Shown: piece after piece, positions 46,648 through 58,576 of the stretch
Numbering within the stretch: the first letter of the stretch is position 1
Layout of the letters: every line of letters begins with the position of its first letter
Assembly: GCF_964204645.1 (NCBI RefSeq)
Contig: NC_134032.1
Span: forward strand, 7,366,275-7,430,274
Reading direction: 5' to 3'
From: Tubulanus polymorphus
Lineage: Eukaryota > Animalia > Nemertea
Length of the DNA stretch: 64,000 bases
Program-made: the position numbers and the translations under genes
Notes under the pieces: model-generated
Database searches by the model: none
What the model saw: only the letters and a program-made list of their open reading frames with translations
Told to the model about the DNA's origin: nothing

Positions 46648-49600
46648 TTTTTGTAAAATTGGCAACGCGCAAAAAGTCCGTTGCTAAACATCGAATTCAT
46701 TGCGTTCCATCATACATGTAACTCGTATTATCTATGTAATACCATCCGTATTATCTATGTAATATTACCATGTAAATCACTTTGTACATTTGATAAATCA
46801 ATTTATAGATAACATAAACAGTAAAAGGAAAATGCGATTTGTATTGATATTTGAGTGTCCTAAATGTACATCTCTTCGACGAGGAATCTTTTTAAAATTG
46901 AAGAGTCCGCTAATTATCCGTAAGAGATCGGTCATGCTACGTATTAAGGTATACGCTAGGCTCTATACGCCATTTTAGTGGAATCCACGATTACCACAGT
47001 ATTATAGTTGGTATCTCCGAATTGCTAGTGCGAAGCGATGTGTCGGGGACATAAATTAAATTTTTAAAGTAAATTTTGAATGAAAGATTAGTCTCATTTT
47101 CATGCATTCTGAGCATTTTCAGCCCCACTTTCGATGTAGCCATCCTGTCCCATCACTACTCGGGAATAATACGGAAGGAGTTTTCCTAAGGGGGAGCTCT
47201 AGCACGAAAAGCACGTGCGCCTTCCATTAATAATAATGCAACCATTCAATTGATTACCAACTGTGCACAATATTAGGGGTAACTGAATTCTGAATTCGTA
47301 GCTATACCTCTAACTCACAACTGTGGAACTGGATTCCGGTAGAATAAATCATGGTATATGAATATGTATTTTTAGGTAATTTGTGCAAGTAGCTTCATCG
47401 GAAGTGTGAGATAAGTCGATGCAGAAACAACAGTAGGCATTTTATAGGGAGAGTGACATTAATAAGAAAATACAAAGTGAGCAGGGTATTTACAAATCAT
47501 TTAACGAGTGACTACTGAATATGAATAATTAACAACCCGATGAAGCTACTATACACTTTTAGTACATTCGACAAGATCAAGATAACCTTCAAAGTACTAT
47601 TTGTGCCTTTTGCGTTAACTGGTTTGATCACCTGAGCTCCTCCGAAACTCTGATCTCCTGACTAGATTTGGACAAGGGGACATGGACATATTGTCAAATT
47701 TAAATTTGGTAATGCTAAGACAAAATTTGGTCAATTTATAGTCCTATATCACGTTATTGTAAGCGCAGGTCTCACGCAATTAAAGTTTCTGTAGTTATTT
47801 AAGTAGTAGGCGAGCTAAGACTGATTTCGGGCTGTGTTTTCAGACAGAGCTAAATGGTGGCGTCCTCGTACGTACACAAACGAACTAAAACTGGTCGTTT
47901 CTGTGGACAGATACAAAGCAACCTTGTAATTATTGATCGGCTGCCAACGCACAGCGTCGATATTAAAATTAGTTGTAATCTGCTCCGTGGACCGTTTTCA
48001 GAAACAAGGTAACAAGGCGATTCAAATAATTGTTTATTTATCATAACGTTTTTCACGCTGAAAGATGTTGACCTTGTGATTGGTGGTTTTAAACTGGGGC
48101 CAGTTTGTTCGCTAACAACTTGTTCTGAGCCTAGTTTTGGCTCTAGAACCAATCTAGCAACTTATGAGCAGTCTATAACCAATCTATTAACTTAAGACCA
48201 GTCTTAAGACCACTTTTGGACTTGATTGTCATTTAGTCAACTATCAATGGTAATCTCTTTTTAGTGTGCAACTGAAACAAAGTACAAACTGCCTCGAATC
48301 TTAATGGTCTAACATCTTAAATATTGGTCTCATTTAAGTAGGGAGCTAGATTTTTTTTCCAACCCAATGAATCGTCATTAACATTATATTGAGTCGCTAC
48401 AATAACAACCCCCTCCCCCTCAGAGATGATGTAAAATCCGCATCACTACTAAAGACATTGTTACCTAGCAACCGCACACGGCTGAGCACACCAGATTACT
48501 TTACGCAATGTCGACCTCGGAAATGTTGCATTTTTGTTTTTTGATCATTCACTTGCGAAATGCGTTCGGTGTAGTAGTGAAAATTGTACGAGTGAACTGT
48601 TGCTTCAAAGCAGCCATTCATTTGAGTTTTAATCAAATTTTTGACGCCGTTATAGTAACGGTAATGTTTATTTTTGATTGATAACTACTATTCGTTATTT
48701 AAGGGGTACTGTTGTGCAGTACGTCACCAATATTGCCATTTCAGGATAATAACTATAGAATGTGATTTTCAATGCGAATTTTTCATTTTCTGATCAAATA
48801 TATTTCATGGTTCATAATTTCTATTGTATGAATTTTTGATGGATTGCAGGTTTGATGTATGGTGCCCTATGTCATCAATATTGGGCTAGCCCGGTTAGCC
48901 TGGTTGCCAGTCAATACAATCTAATCGTCGATATACTCAAATTCAGAATATATTTTAATCCTCATTGTCGATTAGGAAATATATACTATTCTACTTCAAG
49001 GCGTCAAAAAGCTTTCGGGTTAATTTGCTTGTTAACATCTATACTGTTCATTGATCAATTTTGTATGAGATTTGAATATGTGAAGATAAATCATATATTA
49101 ATTGAATTCTTGTCATATCAAATACTATTACAAAGCCTAAACAGTATTACCACGATGCCATGGCGCTACGAAAAAGGATAGCTTTCCAGCAAACAAAATA
49201 CAGTAAAAGTCGTATATTGTGACCGCTATTGGGTCCAGTGAAAATATGGCGTCAAAACGAATTTGTTCTAAAAAATGGTGGCGTTAAGAGAACAGTGGCA
49301 TTAAGAAAGGATGGCGATATAACGAACTTATATTCCCTATAGCTATTCTCTATAAATCCGAATTCCTCAATTGAACTAGAAATACAACCCTTTACGCTAC
49401 GCTGTCATTATGGTGATATTTCTTTTTTCAGATAGGCGATCTCAATGAATACTACGCAATTCAGTTGACGACATTATTTCGGTCAATGATAACTGGGGAA
49501 ACAGTGGCGAATGTGTACTGATGTAAGGCCTAGGCCTACGCGGCATTCCTGGTGATAGCGAGTTATTTTTTAGTTAGATAGAGGATAAATGCTATTTCGT

Positions 49601-50869
49601 ATGTGACCCAATCATAGCGATATATTAACGGGCTAATTCTATCACTGATAAAAATATATACTAAGGGTTTCTGTTTATCTAATCATGATTGCTGTGGCAT
49701 TATCTAATTTGTGCTAAACACGTATTTACAAATACGTTGTTTGGGCAGGGTTCGTTACGTGTTTTGGAAAATCTTGGAAGTTAATGGAAATTGTATTTCT
49801 TTCCCAGGCTCTGGAAAAGCTATGAAATTTACGTATTGTTCTCTGTGGCAATGGGAAAAGGTATAGGAAATTACAAATGGTCTCGAACTTTCACTTAGAT
49901 TTTGTCTTATTAATAATATTGATTGAACGTTGTCACCTTTTCATAGCCGCTACGCATTTGATAGAAATCTTTATGAAAACACTTCGTCCAACGGTATTGA
50001 AAGCGCTTTCAAAGGGCGTCCATATGCTTAATAAAAGGTGGGAAAAGTGTGTAAAGATTCATAATTTGGGCTGGAAAGGTAAGGAAAATGAAATATGTTG
50101 ACGAGTAAGAACCCTGTTTGCTGAAAAAATATGGGAATCGAGCCCACGAATTCTTATACAATCCCACGGATTCGTGTACACGTAGCCGTATCAATTAAAT
50201 GATCACAGAAATTTACGATTGAATGTCCGTCTTTGAATACTTGTAATGGGCAACGGCAACACCATATCCCAACAGATGAACACTCTGTGATTACGTTGCG
50301 TGAATCTTAGTTCATTAAGGTTCCCGAATCCAAACATTAAAAATGGACTCCCAAATATACGTTAAATTCATTTATGGGTTTGACTTGGGCCGAATCGTCT
50401 CCGTTATAAATAATTGAATGACAAAAGGACTTTTAGCTATGTTCTAAAACTACCATTTGTACCACTCTCACCACCACGATCCATATCAAATAGCTAAACC
50501 TCATCAAGTTTTTATGAGAAGCAATGTTTATTGAAGTTAACATCATGAGTGTGGACTTACTTATCGATTTATGAGTAAAATGTGATTCATCGCTTTAGAT
50601 GAATTCGCTACGCTGAGTGGCGGTGCAGTCACAACGATCTGACATAAAATATAAATCACACCCGAAGGACTTTGACGAGTTAATAGTTACCACGGCTAAT
50701 AGCGAACCGGCTGAGATTGAGAAATTATTTAAATCCCCTACGTCAAAATCTGGGGTTTATATCCATATGCTTAGTAGACCTCGCAACCCGAGGGCCTGGA
50801 TACACAGTATATATCATATAAAATCATATAAGAAGCTTTCTTTGTTTAGGGATTTTATATTATTACAAC

Positions 50870-51165
50870 ACGGACTCAATTGTCTCATCAATGGTTATAA
50901 CGAGGACAACATCAGTAAATATTCCTGAGAATGACTATTAGGATATAGTCGAAATGTTGAATAAACTATACTAGCTCCAAGATGCATTTCAGATTCTTCG
51001 TACTGTATATCAACCATAGTTTGTAGCACATAATAATTATCTTTGTTGTGGGACTATATATAACGCATACTTCTGTTATGAGACTAGAATTACTGAAGAT
51101 GACTATTAGGATAGTCGAAAGTCGTATAAACTACTAGCTCAAGGAAACTTTTTGGACTCATTTTT
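50870..51165 (+). ncRNA. Tandem pair of minimal type-I hammerhead-ribozyme-like motifs (retrozyme/Penelope-type repeat), degenerate
   Basis: 50920-50963 TATTC-CTGAGAA-T-GACTAT-loop-ATAGTC-GAAA-TGTT-GAATA and 51088-51128 CTGAAGA-T-GACTAT-TAGG-ATAGTC-GAAA-GTC, about 168 bp apart. Confidence 0.6.
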
Positions 51166-51935
51166 CGTAGGTGTGTGATTTTCTATATCATCACCACCAA
51201 TTTCTCGCTAGAACGTTGATTCTAAGGTCTCCGCTAATTGAATGTTGACAGAGTGAACATATTCACAGTCAATTCTGTATTAATTGCTGTTTGAATATTG
51301 ATAGCAGCATTAGCGGCGACCTTGATTCCATCATACACACAGAGAACATGTCAGGCAGAATAAGCATGAGCATAGTTACAGTAATTGGAATAGGCAATCT
51401 GATTTAACCAGGGGTGGACCCATGATTCTGTTAGGAGAGGAGCCCATGGCAGGAGAAACATAAATCCTGTATCTCATTAATGGAAGGGGCTGGGGGACAC
51501 TCCTAGAAATTTCGAAAAATTTAGGCCTTCAGATGCATTCTGAGAATACGTGCTTGAGACCATTCGAGCAGATCCTATAGATATTCAAATCCCATATAGA
51601 CAATGATTTTCTTTTCAACAACCTTTTTACTTTAGTTAGAAAAAAGTCGGTCCAAAAACATGCCCCCCGAATCCGCCACTGTTTAACTGTTATCCCAAAC
51701 GAACTATCATTCGATGTTGGGGGCCAATTCTAACGAAGCAAGACCCGATTAAGGGAGTATCTCTGAACATGGTACGTAGAAGTACAGGAAATGCGAATTT
51801 CCAAGCGCAAAGGCACCAAAGCAAAGTATCCTCTATTCATCGTACAAAACCTAACTGGCACTCTTAATTAGTCAATTGACAATGAATATGGTCAGGTCCG
51901 TAATGTTCACTAGTGGCACGAGCGGCAAACACAGC

Positions 51936-52007
51936 GGCTCGGTGGCCAAGTGGTAAGGCGTCGGCGTCGTAAACCGAAGATCCCGGGTTCGACCCCCGCC
52001 CGGGCCT
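51936..52007 (+). pseudogene. tRNA-Thr-CGT: tRNA-Thr(CGT) second copy, probably pseudogenised
   Basis: Differs from 53819-53890 at 3 positions: C.A mismatch closing the anticodon stem, G at position 32, C.C mismatch at the base of the T-stem. No adjacent T4 terminator. Confidence 0.75.
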
Positions 52008-52117
52008 AATATTGTCCCTTTGAAGGTTGAATCTGGAAGAAGGTGTCCGGGTATCCGGGTGTCCGCGTTATTCGAATAGCCATATGGATTCTGGGGGTTA
52101 TGAGATTGTGATATGAT

Positions 52118-52708
52118 ATCATCATATATAATAAATCAAGGTTTTTCAGTATCAGGTGTTGACGCCGATAAGCGTGGACGTTTTTATCAACTGATTTAGA
52201 GAAATATAGGTAACTAAAGTTTCGAAGTGGGCCGCTGAATCACCGGAAACCAGTCAAACGGAAAACCGAAAACACTGAATCAGCTGTTTATTTTGACCAA
52301 ACTTTTACATCAAATTAAACAGATACAAATCATCCTCGCTTATAATGAAATTGCTTCATTAGTTTTTCAAGTACAGCAACCCGAAATCAGTGGAAGACCT
52401 CTAGGACCATTCCAGTTGCTCATTGCCCAAATGCTATTTGTCAGTATTCAACTGGCATGTCCCTTCAGCACTTCCAATGCTTTCCAGGTCTTCAATAGAA
52501 ATCTGACTCTCCGCGATTTCAATCAATTCGGACTCGAAATCAACTCGAAAATGTAATGGCTGCCCACTTCAAAACTTAAGTTACCAATTCATTGGAATTT
52601 AAAGCGATCTTTTACCCAGCTATTCTAAATCAATTGATAAATAAGGTCCACATTTATCGGCGTCATTATCTTATATCAAAACACCCTTGTTTAATATATA
52701 TGATGGTA
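52118..52708. mobile_element. Old MITE with diverged TIRs of about 120 bp between the two tRNA-Thr copies
   Basis: ATCATATATA..TGACGCCGATAA..TTATCAACTGATTTAGA..GAAGTGGGC mirrored by GCCCACTTC..TCTAAATCAATTGATAA..TTATCGGCGTCA..TATATATGAT. Confidence 0.7.
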
Positions 52709-53818
52709 CCGTAGAATGGGCCCATCTGCTACCCCATGTTTCACGGAAACCCTTAGATTGGTTGTAGAACAAAAACCAGCTTAGACTGATCGGAAGTTGT
52801 TGGTTATAGAACAACATGAGTTTAGACAGGACTTAAGTTGTTAGATTGGTTTAACAACCGAACGAGGAAGATGGAGTAACTAGTAGCGCCACCAGGTGGA
52901 TCTTCTCTTGCCATTAGATTAATCCTCGATCGCCACAACATTGTTGGTAGCACCGATTTGGATGATTTTCGCGGGTTATCTCATCATTTAGGGACTAAAA
53001 ATAGCTCCCAGAATGTTGGATATAATCTAATGCATTTCAGTCATCCCGCGGTATTTGTGCAAGTATGTTTTCTTCATATATAAGACTTATATACTTACTC
53101 AGTAATGTATACTTGTATATGCTTAGAAAAATAGAAAATAACATTTTCCGCGCTTTATCTGTCAATACGGTTTAGTTTTCGAAAAGTGCGCTGCACAGAA
53201 TTGAAGTGCTCATTAAAAAAGCACTGCAGTTATGTGAATTCCTTTTCTAGAGTATAATTTAAGGATCTGATACATTGAGGGTGTCGAGTGACAAATCCTG
53301 CTGTATTCCATGTGAACAAAACCAACAGTTGTGAACGAAATTTCAGATTATCCCTTTTGGGCAACTGGTCCTAGGTTCTAGTTAGTTAGAATCAGCACAT
53401 TCAATTTTTCAACTTTCTCAGTGGATGTACTCTTTTATCAGATCGACTAATCCGTTTGCCTCCAATCGTGCCCTGTTATTGGTCACATGACCTTTTGAAG
53501 TGTCCGAAACCTCCCTTCTGTCGAGGTGGTGTGATCATCGTTACTTTTGTGGAGATCCATTTTAATGGACATTAATTTAACCTTTCGCTTTCACTTATCG
53601 CACCCATCATGAACATGTATATACTTTAGACAATATCCCTAAAAGGCCATTATTTAGTTAATTGTTTAATCTGAGTCAATGAAAATTTTATTTTTTTTCA
53701 TGGAGATTCTCAGTACCGGGGATTCATTTAAAACCCGTAAATAGTTGATAAATGGTGACGATAATGAACATTGAGAACGATTTTTTTCGCAGTCGAGCTG
53801 CTTGCAATCAATCACAAT

Positions 53819-53890
53819 GGCTCGGTGGCCAAGTGGTAAGGCGTCGGTCTCGTAAACCGAAGATCCCGGGTTCGACCCCCGGCCGGGCCT
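53819..53890 (+). tRNA. tRNA-Thr-CGT: tRNA-Thr(CGT)
   Basis: 72-nt cloverleaf: acceptor GGCTCGG/CCGGGCC, A box TGGCCAAGTGG, anticodon stem TCGGT/ACCGA with loop CT-CGT-AA, T-arm CCGGG-TTCGACC-CCCGG. TTTT Pol III terminator 4 nt downstream. Confidence 0.95.
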
Positions 53891-54879
53891 ACATTTTCCC
53901 CCCGAAAACTAGCTATCCCACGGGATGGTGTGCTGACGTTATCATGCACACATTATCACAGGACCTACTAAATGTACTTTGAATTCATTTTTCTACTGAG
54001 TTGTTGGTATAGATTTCGCTCGATGTAACTGAAATCGGAAATTGAAATTGACGGCGGAAGTTGAGTAACTTAGCGACACCTCGCTTGAGACTTATAAGTG
54101 AGTGGAATCCTAGTGAATTGTCACAGTAGCATTGGATGTTCCCCCACTAGAATGAAATATCTAGTGTCTGTAATTGATCTACTAATACAATTTAAGATTT
54201 CTAAAAGATAATTCAAAAGCATTAATTAATACACGTAGTCTGAAACTAAATCAACAAAATATGCTAACGATTTCTGTTAGTTTTGGACGTGTTTCATATT
54301 GTGCCCACGCATGGATAGATCAGAATTAAAGGGTTCATTCCTGGTTCAAGTAGCCGCTTCGATCAGCTTGTTTTATTCGAGACCTGTTTACATGTGCTAC
54401 ACACACAAACAATGTCTGAAGTTCGAGGTATCATCTGAGCGGCTTACAACATGCTCGTCTGGTCAAGTCGAGGTCAGCCCGTTTGTTCGTGCTGGGTTTC
54501 GACAATTCGAACGTTTTTTTTAACTCAATCGCACACATTATGTTTAAACTAGACACGCTACAGACATTTTTCCAAAAAGGCCCATAATTTCTTTAAGGAT
54601 AGATAATTATTTCATCTACGTAAATGAAAGTCAATGAATATTAGCTCCCAAATATGTCTACAGTTTTTTGTTTGGATCTGAGGGCTAAGGCTAAGGTTGA
54701 GATAAGTTGATTTGTGTGTATAATCGAAATAAAGTTTATCAAGCTATGGTAGTATTGACCCTATAACCAACATTTCAACAACTTTATAAGTATGTAGAAT
54801 TAAACAATGCATGGCCTGTGAAAACTGGGCTTTGCAAATGTCGTACATTCACAGTAGATATTATTCAAATGGACCTATA

Positions 54880-55135
54880 GCTTCCTGAAGATGATTATAA
54901 GGACATAAAGTCGAAAAGTCGAATAAACTACTGTGCAGGGATTTTCTTATCTTTACGGACTCAAAGTGTTTCATCAATGGTTAAAATGTATGATGAGGAC
55001 AACATCAGTATCCCTGAAGATCACTATGATATATCCGAAACGAATGAACTAAAGTTTTTATCCCAGTGGTTATGATCGCGGTGCATCAAAGGGTTATTCC
55101 ACACTAGCTCAAGGACACATTTCAGACTCTTTCTA
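54880..55135 (+). ncRNA. Second degenerate tandem hammerhead-like repeat of the same family
   Basis: TTC-CTGAAGA-T-GATTAT...AAGTC-GAAA-AGTC-GAATA (54881-54925) and CTGAAGATC...CCGAAAC (about 55013-55041). Shares flanks (GGACTCAA..TCATCAATGGTT..GAGGACAACATCAGTA; ACTAGCTCAAGGA) with 50870-51165. Confidence 0.5.
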
Positions 55136-56804
55136 TCCTAACTCTGGGATTATAGCGTATTGGACCAAGCAGTACTTTTATTTTGTAAATTTCGTTAAGG
55201 TAACTAAGATTTCTATAAATCAAAATGGGCGAATCATTTGATTAATCCAACAAACAGCGAGTGAGATTACGATTTCCAGCTACAAAGTTCACTAAGTCAC
55301 CGGGGTATGAATAGACCCCCTCACTGAGTGAGTGCCCTAGAAAACTAATTCAGGGGTCACGTACATCAAAGGTTAAAATGGCCAAGAGAGCGAAAAAGTG
55401 AAGTACAGGAGTTGTCAGTTCTTATTAAAACGCTCGGGTGAGAATAGACGGATCTTAGTGCTGAGTGATGTTAATTGAGATAAAGACGTCCTGAATTGAT
55501 ACAACGCACGTCGAAGCATGCTGTCAAAATACATAGACTCTGTAAGTAAGCAAAATATCACGGGATCTTCATCGTATCAATCTGTTACCTGGAACCAAAC
55601 CTTCAAATACGTACACGATACCTTTTCACCTGAGACATTTTGATTCGAAAATGAACTACAAACAGCAGAAATATTAGACATTTATCAGCGAACTTTCAAA
55701 AACTGATGTAACACACCTCACACGTGTGCGGAACATCACATATTTTCAACACCAGACATTAAGGGTTATTTTATCCGCTAAATTTCAAAAACTGATCCAA
55801 GAAGACGGTATGCTATGCTTCAAATTAATACCAGTCTAACTTTCATTGGTATACAACAATTTTGAGGGGTAGGGTACCAGTTACACGATCTGCCAAAATT
55901 CGGAATAACATATGCGACTTAAATTGAATCTAAACTTTTCGCTACATAGCACAATACTTCGGGTTGAGTTGCGATAATATAAAATGGATCATATTATATT
56001 TTTTTACCACAAATATTTGGTGTATTTTTAAGTATCATTGCAAGATTTTTTTTGTCTGGTATGATTCAGAAAATGCCGGTATTTTTCCAGTATAGCTTCG
56101 AGCAACTCAAAACGCGATAAACACACAATAAAAATATCTTTGAACATAATTTCCGCATTGATATTATATTTCGAAGATAAATATACATAAATCTTAAGTG
56201 GCGCTTAGCCATAGAGTGAGCTACCTACATATACCCTAAAACCGGTTCGAAAAATGATTAATATACACATACCCAGTAAACCTTGCGTAAGTCGGATATT
56301 TTGGGACCGAGAAAAATCCCCCAACTCAGAAAAAGTCCGCCTTTGGATAAGTCAGATTTCCTGCCTTTTATTTAGAAAACTTATGAATTAATTTCCGTAA
56401 ACGGAAAAATTAAATCAACATCTGCAAGAAAAGATTCAAACACACTGAAATATATTTCGGGTTTTTCTAATACACCGAGCAAAACTAAAATAACGACTGT
56501 TGACATGTAACGTCGATTTCGAAGGAACAGGGGTCGGAACAGGGTTTGAAACCAGCGGCAATTTGAAAATAGCCGTCCGACTTTCGGTGAGTGACCTTAA
56601 CTGATTTATTATTTTGGAACAAAAAATACCACGAGATGGGCGAGTTTCCGATTTAAAAAATCCGACTTTGGAATATAAAATTCTCCGAAAAGGCGAAGGA
56701 AAAAGCGGGACCATCAATATTCACCCGATAAGCGATTATTCGGCTTTCGGTGATCGGACTTACGATAGGTTTTCTGAATTATGAAAAAGCAATGGTCAAG
56801 CTTC

Positions 56805-57225
56805 AGCAAATGTGAAGCCATTGAGAATGTTGTCATCAATGGATCATGATTTTACTGAATCGTTGAAGTCACTAATGCGATCTTACTTTAAAATCTAACT
56901 TAATCACTGAAGTCATGGAGATGAGAAGGTCGCATTATAAGTAACTAATGCGTTTCACTGAATCGTTGACTACTGAAATAGTAACTCATCAATTCTACTG
57001 AATGGTTGAAGTCATTGAAAATGAGAAGGTCAGTAAGTAATCATAATTTTATTGAATCGTTGAAATCGAGAATTAAAAGAACTAATCACAATTCTACTAT
57101 ATCTTTGTAGTCATAAGTAACCAGCCTTGATTTCGCTGAATCACTGAAGTTATTGAGAATGAGAAGGTCGTGATTAGTAAACATCATTTTACTGAATCAA
57201 TGAAGTCATCGAAAATGAGAACGTC
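56805..57225 (+). repeat. Degenerate minisatellite
   Basis: Recurrent ACTGAATCGTTGAAGTCATTGA(G/A)AATGAGAAGGTC units. Confidence 0.75.
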
Positions 57226-58554
57226 GTATATTTTAGGTAGATAGCGAATCTTTCCCACAAACATTTTCATAAACAACAGCGGGAATCTTCAAACTTAAAC
57301 AGAACGTCGACTCATGATCCAGAAATTCTGAAGATCTTATCTAACGCATACCGGGATGTAGCTGGATTCTGCAGTTGTTTATTTGCTACCGCGTAATACG
57401 CACCATCGATTCGAGAAAAAATTACATCGTACGTAAACAATCTGAACGGTTGAGCGGAAATCCAGGTCAGTGGAATACGTCAGCGCGACGGGTGGGCGCG
57501 TGAGTTTTGGCACCTGACTGTAACTAGAGGATATTTCCCGTCAAAATCAGCAGCATCAAGTGAACTTGGGATTCGGATCCGTTATACCGCAATACTTTTG
57601 AAAAAAGTTAATAACAACACTGCCAGTATGTTTCTAATTTGAAAATCAATACAGTAATGGTTTATAATCCCTGTTTATAATTTTTTTTTCAACTGGCGAT
57701 GTGGTTTAGTTGCGGGGTGGAGCCGTGCGGTCATGACGACATCGTTCAACATAGCATTCTCTGATAACAGAGCCGTTCTCCACAATGTCTCCAATTATAC
57801 TCTATTTCACCGAAATCGCCGGCTCATCTGGATTTATATCCGGACGTATTAATATAGTCGGCCCTTCACGTAGTACATGCTACGGTCGAGTTATCGGGTG
57901 CTTTTTTCATCTACGGTCATTCGGGGATTTATGAATAAAAAAGCTGCCATACTATCAGGGAATTAAAGATGTTTCATAAGGGTTTTACAGGAAACCAACC
58001 TTCTCGAAAACAGGGGCCGGTCCCCTAGTCGATACAGTCCAGAAGTGGGTCTTGAATCTGAACACTGGCCTTAGTGTTGTCATATTGGCTATGGAACCAA
58101 AATGAGCTAAGTCTGGTCTTTAGCGGTTAAAATAGCTCTTAGACTGGTTTAAGGTCTAAGCCATGACTATGGAACTGGTCTCTGAATAATTCGATGACGT
58201 CATAGGAGGTTATTATGAAGGCATATTCCTGTTCTATGTATAAACTTATCTATTTCGAGTTACTGCTCTAAGCGCCTGATAGGGTTTTTAGAATATATAT
58301 AAAAAGGGTAAGTCTAGTACCCGCTCCGCTCCTTAAACGCGCAGATGATGCTTTAGCATCGATCAAAAATAAGTTGTCAGAAAAACTTCCTCGACGAAAA
58401 GAAGGAGAGCTCATCGAGTGAAGTGATAAATAGAGTCAGTCAGTAGTTAAATGATGGGGCTTTAACAACATATCTATTGACGATAAAAATACATATATAT
58501 GCGCAGCATGCTTGAGAGGGGTAGGGTTGAGGGAGGGAAATGAGTTTAACTGTT

Positions 58555-58576
58555 GCAGCAGCAGCAGCAGCAGCAG
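58555..58576 (+). repeat. (GCA)n microsatellite
   Basis: GCAGCAGCAGCAGCAGCAGCAG. Confidence 0.9.
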
